From contig CBDCTJ010000001.1 of NCBI GenBank assembly GCA_965222115.1, positions 512,001-576,000 on the forward strand: a DNA stretch of 64,000 nucleotides. The letters are read 5' to 3'. Below are positions 57,740 through 64,000 of the stretch, piece by piece (position 1 is the stretch's first letter; each line of letters starts with the position of its first letter). This DNA comes from Planctomycetota bacterium (GTDB taxonomy: Bacteria; Planctomycetota; PLA2; JAEUHO01). Under the pieces are notes generated by a model, which worked only from the letters and a program-made list of their open reading frames with translations, made no database searches and was not told the origin of the DNA. The position numbers and the translations under genes are program-made.

Positions 57740-59635
57740 CTAGCGCGTGGATTGAACGATGGACACGCGAGCTTTGGGCAGTGCCGTGTCGCGTGAATCG
57801 ACAGAGACGGGCGCCTTGTTACTGAGCTCGACAGGAATGACCTTCTTGCTTCCCGGTACTTGAATTTCCACGTCGGGCGAAACGTCGGTGCGGAACCGAG
57901 CACGATACCGTGCAACCGTGATGTCCCCCACCTTCGCCACACGCGCGAGTTCAAACGTCGTGCAGGGTTCTTCATGCCCCGGAAGGAGATCGACGTCGGT
58001 GTGCAGAGCACGCAAACGTTTTGGCGCCTCATAGACGTCGTCGTGAATCTCTAGATCGAGTCTCACCCAACCATCCACGGGGATCGTAACGGTAGTCGAA
58101 CGACACGAATCCGGTACAAGTGGCCCTGCAATGGGAGGTGGAAATACAGGGTCGAGTACCACGCGTAGATGGGTAGTAGCAGCCGGCGTCACGGAGATTC
58201 GACCCTGTGCGTTGGTGGTCCGCATGCGTTTTTGAGTGCGATCGGGGCCCGCTTCAACCGGCAAATCATCGCCAACGGCGAGCAGCGATACATTGAGGCC
58301 GTCGAGTGCCGTGCCCTTTGTATCCACAAAGCGCAGGGTGACTTCCTTGCGGCGGTGTCGATAGGGCTTCGTGGCAAGACCCGGGCGCGTATCACTGGTC
58401 AACGATTCTAGGAAGGCAACCAAGTCGGAAATGTCCTGCTCGGAGGCCACGAAGCGTTTGATCCTGCGATCCTGCTCGGGATCGGCGCTCCCGCCACGGG
58501 CGTAGTATTTTACTACATCGCGCAGTGTGGGGAACATGCCGTTGTGCATGTACGGAGCACGCACGGCCACGTCACGCAACGATGGGGTCTTGAATGAACG
58601 CATATCGTTGCGACGCGTACTGATGCGCTTACGGCCTGGATCATGGAAGCCGGGTCGCGCAGAGTCGGTGGGTGCCACGCTCTTGGCCGCCAGCCGATGT
58701 CGCTCTTTGACCTTTTCACTGCGTCGCCGAATGGGACTTTTGTCGGTGTCCTTCCATGTGGCATCGAGCCACGCAACACCGGTGTTGCGAAAACCGAAGT
58801 CCGTAAAGATGGGTCGCTTCATCGTTGGGTCCGTGCGCTCCAGCGTGTGGCACTGAACACAACCTGCACGCCCTTTGAAGAGCGCGAACCCCCTGGCGGC
58901 GGATGCTGTCCAGCCGGAGTTACGTGCGCTGCCGTCGCGTGTCTTGTCGCGGAGGTCGAACGGTGCCGAACCGCTTTCAATGGATCGACAGTAGGCGCCC
59001 AACGCCTGTGAAATGCGGGCGCGTGTGACGCGCGTGTCACCAAAGGCTGCCCGTACGGCTTCGCTGTAGCGGCCTGCTTTCTCCAAGACGTCCTGCGCCC
59101 TAGGAAGTCGCGCCAACTTCAAGGTGAGTCTTGACAGCGCGGTGGCCTTCTGGGCATCGGTCATGCCCTCGTGTTCGGGAAGTCCGAGTGCGGAATGCCC
59201 AGCAGTAAGCGGTGCTTGCGTACTGCCATAGCGACCAACCCCTCCCCCAGGAAAACCAATGCGCGACACAACAAGTAGTTCAATGCTCTCAAACTCACCG
59301 TCCCAGTGCACCGAGGGACTGTGTCGGACATTGATGAGCGTTTGCGAGTGGCGAACGGTCTCTCCGACGTCATCTTCACTAAATTGCGATGCGTCAGAAA
59401 AGCCGTGTAGTGGATCGTGACACGACGCGCAACTGCGTTCCCCCGTGCGACTCACGACGGGCTCAAAGAACAGGCGCCGACCCAGCTCGACCAACGCCAC
59501 CTTCGCCGCACCCCGTTTGCGCGCCTCACCTGGCCTCTTGGCAGCCTCCGACGAGTTGGGAACGAATACTAGCAAGCAGCTAACAAATCCGATCGTCACA
59601 AATGGTAGGACCCTCGACGTGCAGAATGGACCCAT
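57740..59635 (-). CDS. Diheme cytochrome c peroxidase/MauG family protein (paralog A)
   Basis: CASCH, HWDG, CVQCH, 'FKTPSLRDVA...PYMHNG'; signal peptide; C-terminal extension. Confidence 0.9.
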   Translation of the reverse strand: MGPFCTSRVLPFVTIGFVSCLLVFVPNSSEAAKRPGEARKRGAAKVALVELGRRLFFEPVVSRTGERSCASCHDPLHGFSDASQFSEDDVGETVRHSQTLINVRHSPSVHWDGEFESIELLVVSRIGFPGGGVGRYGSTQAPLTAGHSALGLPEHEGMTDAQKATALSRLTLKLARLPRAQDVLEKAGRYSEAVRAAFGDTRVTRARISQALGAYCRSIESGSAPFDLRDKTRDGSARNSGWTASAARGFALFKGRAGCVQCHTLERTDPTMKRPIFTDFGFRNTGVAWLDATWKDTDKSPIRRRSEKVKERHRLAAKSVAPTDSARPGFHDPGRKRISTRRNDMRSFKTPSLRDVAVRAPYMHNGMFPTLRDVVKYYARGGSADPEQDRRIKRFVASEQDISDLVAFLESLTSDTRPGLATKPYRHRRKEVTLRFVDTKGTALDGLNVSLLAVGDDLPVEAGPDRTQKRMRTTNAQGRISVTPAATTHLRVVLDPVFPPPIAGPLVPDSCRSTTVTIPVDGWVRLDLEIHDDVYEAPKRLRALHTDVDLLPGHEEPCTTFELARVAKVGDITVARYRARFRTDVSPDVEIQVPGSKKVIPVELSNKAPVSVDSRDTALPKARVSIVQSTR

Positions 59636-59756
59636 GACAATGCTCCAACGCTGTTCACTCGATTCGGGGTCGAATGAGGCTGCCTGTATCTAGGAACGTA
59701 TCGGAGACGCGCTTGCACGGCAATGGGTAGGGCCGATTGGCGAGCTTTGAGGACGC

Positions 59757-60611
59757 TCAAGAACCCCAGGCGCCAGCGAAAATGACCTCCGTCGGTCCCG
59801 TGAGGAAGACCTCGTGCCCCTCGCCCTTCCACGAAACATGCAGCGTTCCGCCCGGCAAGTCAATGGTCACATCGTGATCAGTCCGATCGGTGAGTACGCC
59901 CGCCACGGCCACAGCGCATGCGCCCGTGCCGCACGCATGCGTTTCTCCGGCACCCCGCTCCCACGTGCGCTGCATGATGTGTTTTGGGGAGAGTACTTCA
60001 GCAACCTCGACGTTCGTTCGGTTGGGGAACCACGCATGATGCTCAATGCGCGGCCCCACGTCGGCGAGGGGAAACTCCGTCACATTCTTCACAAACGCCA
60101 CCGTATGGGGATTTCCCATCGATACGGCCGTAATGCGCAATGCGCGGTCCTCAAGGCGGAGCTCCACGTCGACGGCCGATGATGCCCCCCCTTCCATAGG
60201 GATGTCTTTGCGCGTCAGTACAGGAACGCCCATGGACACGGTGACTTGGGTCTCGTCAAGGCGTGTTGCCGTATGCAGGCCGGCCCCCGTTTCAATGCGC
60301 AAGGGGCCATCATAGAATTCACTGACTAAATCGAATTCCCAAGCGAATCGAGCCGCACAACGCAATCCGTTGCCGCACATCTCTGCCTCGGATCCATCAG
60401 GATTGAACATACGCATGCGTAGATCCGCGCGCGTGGACTGGCTCAACATCAACAATCCGTCGGCGCCAATGCCGGTTCGTCGCGCACACATGTCCACAGC
60501 CAACTGGGCTAGATCGCGGTCACCAATATCTTCGTCCGCAATGACGACGTAGTCGTTCTGGCAACCGTGCATCTTGACAAATGCGAGCAGATCCGGAGGG
60601 GCTTCGTCCAT
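59757..60611 (-). CDS. dapF: Diaminopimelate epimerase
   Basis: 'KMHG..NDY', 'GIGADG', 'EMCGNG.RC', 'SMGNPH', 'ERGAGET.ACGTG'. Confidence 0.96.
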   Translation of the reverse strand: MDEAPPDLLAFVKMHGCQNDYVVIADEDIGDRDLAQLAVDMCARRTGIGADGLLMLSQSTRADLRMRMFNPDGSEAEMCGNGLRCAARFAWEFDLVSEFYDGPLRIETGAGLHTATRLDETQVTVSMGVPVLTRKDIPMEGGASSAVDVELRLEDRALRITAVSMGNPHTVAFVKNVTEFPLADVGPRIEHHAWFPNRTNVEVAEVLSPKHIMQRTWERGAGETHACGTGACAVAVAGVLTDRTDHDVTIDLPGGTLHVSWKGEGHEVFLTGPTEVIFAGAWGS

Positions 60612-60783
60612 TGCGTTTCCTCGTGCAATGCCCGAGCGTAAGGGCGAACAACGGGTACTGGCGCCCGCATTCCGCGGGTTCTTGGACGGACCTCAAGTGC
60701 CGCGGGAAGCCCGTCCGATAGGGACTCCGAGTTCGGCGATCGTGGAGGTCCTACGTCCACTCCGCAGCAAGGTGTCATACTGG

Positions 60784-61083
60784 ATGATTGATTCACATCT
60801 CCCGCCCCCCAATCCGCATGTCGGCGTTCGCGTCGGCGAGCACACCTACGCCGCCAAATTGGTCCTGTTGCGCGGGAACCGAGCCTCACTCGCGATGGTG
60901 TCCACACCCTCGGTTCACGAATACGTCGATGTACGCCTGAGTTGGCAGGACGGATCGTCTACCACACTCGGCGCGCGCGTGCGCACGGTGGACACCGAAT
61001 GCAACATTGCGCACCTCGACGTAATTAATGTCGATCGGAATTGGGCGCCGTTCATGGCCTACCTCGGATCCCGCGTCGGGTAG
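60784..61083 (+). CDS. Small hypothetical protein (possible PilZ-like beta barrel)
   Basis: 99-aa beta-rich ORF divergent from dapF; no clear RxxxR motif. Confidence 0.5.
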   Translation: MIDSHLPPPNPHVGVRVGEHTYAAKLVLLRGNRASLAMVSTPSVHEYVDVRLSWQDGSSTTLGARVRTVDTECNIAHLDVINVDRNWAPFMAYLGSRVG

Positions 61084-61367
61084 GTGGGGACGGGGGTCGG
61101 GTCCGAATAACGTGCTGATCGTTGGATGCTCGGCCCTGAACGCCCGTCTCGTTCTCGCGTAGCTCGGCTACGCGGCGGCCTCGACGAACGCACAATCCCG
61201 TCGCCCCAACGATCCGACCGCGATCGAAAGCTCTAGGTGAAGACACATATTGCGCCTCAGGTAGATGGGAACGGGGTTTGGGGTCGAAGAACGTACTGAC
61301 CGCCCAATTGCTCGGTCCTGCACGCCCGTCTCGTTCTTGCGTAGCTCGGCTACGCGACGGCCTCGAC
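61081..61367. repeat. Two tandem ~105-bp copies of a hairpin-bearing REP/MITE-like element
   Basis: 61081-61185 aligns with 61262-61367; both contain GCGTAGC-TCG-GCTACGC. Confidence 0.85.
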
Positions 61368-61462
61368 TGATGATGAGCACAAAAGGGAAACGCACGGGCG
61401 CATGGCCCGGAGCGGCTTCGGGTAGCATTCCGGCCCATTCGAAAGCAACCCGGGAGGGCGCT

Positions 61463-62197
61463 ATGGCGCGCAAAGATGGTCGATCCGCAACCGACGTTCG
61501 GCCGATCGAGATTATTCGCCGCTTTACGACCAACCCACCGGGTTCGGTGCTGTATCGGTGTGGCAATACACATGTGTTCGTCACGGCGATGATCGACGAA
61601 CGCGTCCCCGGTTGGATGGCGGGCCGCGGTAAAGGTTGGGTCACCGCGGAGTACGGCATGCTGCCGGGGTCCACCGGAGACCGAAAGCAGCGTGCACGAA
61701 CGCCACAACGACTCGATGGTCGCACGCAAGAGATACAGCGCCTCGTGGGCCGTGCCCTTCGCTCCGTAACCAACATGAAGGCGCTGGGCGAACGCACGGT
61801 GTGGCTCGACTGCGACGTGATTCAAGCCGATGGCGGCACACGCACCGCATGCATCAATGCGGCCTACATTGCGCTGTGCGATGCCCTGCGAACCTACAAG
61901 TTCAAACGTCCGCTCTCATCCTGGCCGCTCACCGACGTGGTGGGTGCCATCTCGGTTGGCATTGTGGGCGGGGAAGTCCTCACCGACTTGGCCTACAACG
62001 AAGATCACCGCGCCGATGTAGACATGAATGTGGTTGCGACAGCCTCAGGGAAGTTCTTGGAAGTTCAGGGAACTGCTGAGGCCGCCCCCTTTGATCGCGA
62101 CCAACTAGGCAAGATGCTCGATCACGCAAAGACTGGCATCGATCAAGTGTTGACCGCCACGCAAAACGCGCTCAAGACGGCGCCGAGCGATCTGTAA
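61463..62197 (+). CDS. rph: Ribonuclease PH
   Basis: 'GWVTAEYGMLPGST', 'GRTQEIQRL.GR', 'DCDVIQADGGTRTA', 'DMNVV', 'EVQGTAE'. Confidence 0.97.
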   Translation: MARKDGRSATDVRPIEIIRRFTTNPPGSVLYRCGNTHVFVTAMIDERVPGWMAGRGKGWVTAEYGMLPGSTGDRKQRARTPQRLDGRTQEIQRLVGRALRSVTNMKALGERTVWLDCDVIQADGGTRTACINAAYIALCDALRTYKFKRPLSSWPLTDVVGAISVGIVGGEVLTDLAYNEDHRADVDMNVVATASGKFLEVQGTAEAAPFDRDQLGKMLDHAKTGIDQVLTATQNALKTAPSDL

Positions 62198-62206
62198 CCG
62201 GCGCCC

Positions 62207-62839
62207 GTGAATCCTCGCGTCGTCGATCAGCCGATCTACATCGCCACAGGCAATCCTCACAAAGTGCGCGAGATGGCGGCGATCTTGGAACCGCATGGAC
62301 TCACGATCCTTGCGCCCCCGCCACTTCCTCATGTGGAAGAAACAGGGTCAACGTTCGCGGAAAACGCAAGGCTCAAGGCGCGTGCCGCTGCCAACACGCT
62401 TCAAGCGCTGGCACTTAGTGATGATTCAGGACTTTCTGTTGCCTGCCTGGACGACGCACCGGGTGTACGCTCTGCGCGATTCGCCTTGGATCATGGACGG
62501 GGCAAGGAAAGCGATCCACGGGAGGTCCGCGACGCGGCCAACAATGCACTGTTGATCGAGATGCTGAAGAGCCGGGACGCACGAGATCCGGCAGCGGCGT
62601 TTGTTTGTCATGTCGTGCTGGCAGCCCCAGGCGGCGCGATCGTTGCCGAAGCCGAGGGCAGCGTGGCGGGTGTGATTCGCTGGCCGGCGATTCCGGGCGG
62701 TGGATTCGGCTACGACCCGCTCTTTCACCACGTTGAATCAAATCGACGCTTTTCGGAGCTTTCGCCCCAGCAAAAGCACGCCATCAGCCATCGCGGTGAG
62801 GCCCTTCGCGCACTCGTACGTGGCCTGCAGTCGACTTAA
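62207..62839 (+). CDS. rdgB: Non-canonical purine NTP pyrophosphatase (RdgB/HAM1)
   Basis: 'ATGNPHK', 'DDSGL', 'PGVRSAR', 'GFGYDP', 'K..ISHR'. Confidence 0.95.
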   Translation: MNPRVVDQPIYIATGNPHKVREMAAILEPHGLTILAPPPLPHVEETGSTFAENARLKARAAANTLQALALSDDSGLSVACLDDAPGVRSARFALDHGRGKESDPREVRDAANNALLIEMLKSRDARDPAAAFVCHVVLAAPGGAIVAEAEGSVAGVIRWPAIPGGGFGYDPLFHHVESNRRFSELSPQQKHAISHRGEALRALVRGLQST

Positions 62840-62940
62840 GTCGCGTTGCCCGGACCCAATCCGCAGCATCGTTGAATAAATCCGGGATACATCGGCACCG
62901 AACGGGCTATCCGCGCGCGCGACTTCTACAATCTCGCGCC

Positions 62941-64000
62941 ATGGCTCGCCAGACCCTCGATCACATTCGCAACTTTGCCATCGTCGCGCATATTGACCAT
63001 GGCAAGTCAACGCTTGCCGACCGACTGCTCGAGCGTACCGGCCTCGTCGATGGTCGCGGTGTGGATGCACCGCAGTTGCTCGATGACCTCGACTTGGAGC
63101 GCGAACGCGGCATCACCATCAAGGCGCGCGCCGTACGTATGAAGTACACCCATGAGGGCAAGGAGTACCTGCTGAATCTGATTGACACACCGGGACACGT
63201 CGATTTCACCTACGAAGTCAGCCGATCGCTTGCAGCGTGCGAGGGCGCGGTGCTGCTTGTGGACGCCACACAAGGTGTGGAAGCTCAGACGGTCGCGAAC
63301 ACCTACCTCGCTGTAGAAGCGGATCTCGAACTTGTGCCCGCACTAAACAAAGTCGATATGCGCGGCGCTCGCCCGGATGAGGTGGCCGAAGAGATTGAAA
63401 ACATCTTGGGCATTGATGCCACCGACGCGGTGCGCTGCTCCGCCAAGACGGGCGAAGGCGTCGATGAACTTCTTCCTAAGATCATCGACTTGATTCCTCC
63501 ACCGGAAGGTGATCCCGACGCGCCACTTCGTGCGCTGCTTTTCGATGCCGTCTACGACACCTACCGCGGTGTCATTATCTACATCCGGCTGATTGACGGC
63601 CGCCTGGAACGCGGCGACAAAATGTTCTTCTTGGGCACCAAAACCACATACGAAGTGACGGAGATCGGCGTGCTTGCACCGGACCGCGTCAAGGTCGACG
63701 CGTTGACGGCCGGTGAATCGGGCTATGTCGTGGCGAGCATCAAAGCGCTGAGCGACGTCACCATTGGCGACACAGTGACGACGTTTCCGCCGCAAGCAAG
63801 CGTTGAGGCGCTCCCTGGCTATAAGCAACCGCAGCCGATGGTGTATTGCGGGCTCTACCCCACGTATCCAAAGGACTTTGAGTCACTACGCAAGGCACTG
63901 CAAACACTCCAACTCAACGACGCTTCATTTACGTTTCAACCCGAAACATCGGAGGCCCTCGGCTTTGGTTTTCGTTGCGGATTCCTCGGACTGCTGCACA
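62941..64000 (+). CDS. lepA: Translation elongation factor 4 (3'-truncated by window edge; missing from the ORF track)
   Basis: Read from sequence: [30 protein letters not shown]...[10 protein letters not shown]...[22 protein letters not shown]...[15 protein letters not shown]. Confidence 0.97.
   Translation, partial: MARQTLDHIRNFAIVAHIDHGKSTLADRLLERTGLVDGRGVDAPQLLDDLDLERERGITIKARAVRMKYTHEGKEYLLNLIDTPGHVDFTYEVSRSLAACEGAVLLVDATQGVEAQTVANTYLAVEADLELVPALNKVDMRGARPDEVAEEIENILGIDATDAVRCSAKTGEGVDELLPKIIDLIPPPEGDPDAPLRALLFDAVYDTYRGVIIYIRLIDGRLERGDKMFFLGTKTTYEVTEIGVLAPDRVKVDALTAGESGYVVASIKALSDVTIGDTVTTFPPQASVEALPGYKQPQPMVYCGLYPTYPKDFESLRKALQTLQLNDASFTFQPETSEALGFGFRCGFLGLLH

Noticed and set aside
61081-61367. 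Hairpin direct repeats as a mini-CRISPR
   Set aside because: Only two diverged copies, each about 105 bp, too long for CRISPR repeats.

Overview
GC-rich bacterial chromosomal segment; the gene repertoire (HEAT+VWA protein, twin TolC, YHS proteins, HtrA-like proteases, Ser/Thr kinase) suggests Planctomycetota, which is an inference. Housekeeping genes: ETF-QO, M18 aminopeptidase, lemA-htpX, class I aldolase, msrB, topA, Leu dehydrogenase, dinG, rsfS, nadC, dapF, rph, rdgB, partial lepA, and tRNA-Ile2(CAU). Also present are a Cus-type heavy-metal RND efflux operon, fadL, a vapBC pair, two ABC systems, tandem MauG-like diheme enzymes and several REP/MITE-like elements. No CRISPR, integrase or transposase was seen. 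Best lead: a Cys-rich leader ORF heading the metal-efflux operon (19468->19007, minus strand). It has an in-frame UGA directly after a Cys, followed by a SECIS-like hairpin, and reads on to an RAPP-like C-terminus, making it a candidate selenocysteine-containing metal-sensing uORF. Other leads: a 126-bp in-frame spacer splitting vapBC, a double pseudoprotease next to an active paralog with an 18-bp tandem array between them, a candidate GGA-rich sRNA, and a stand-alone 9xPASTA protein. All calls come from reading motifs by eye; no database searches were run.
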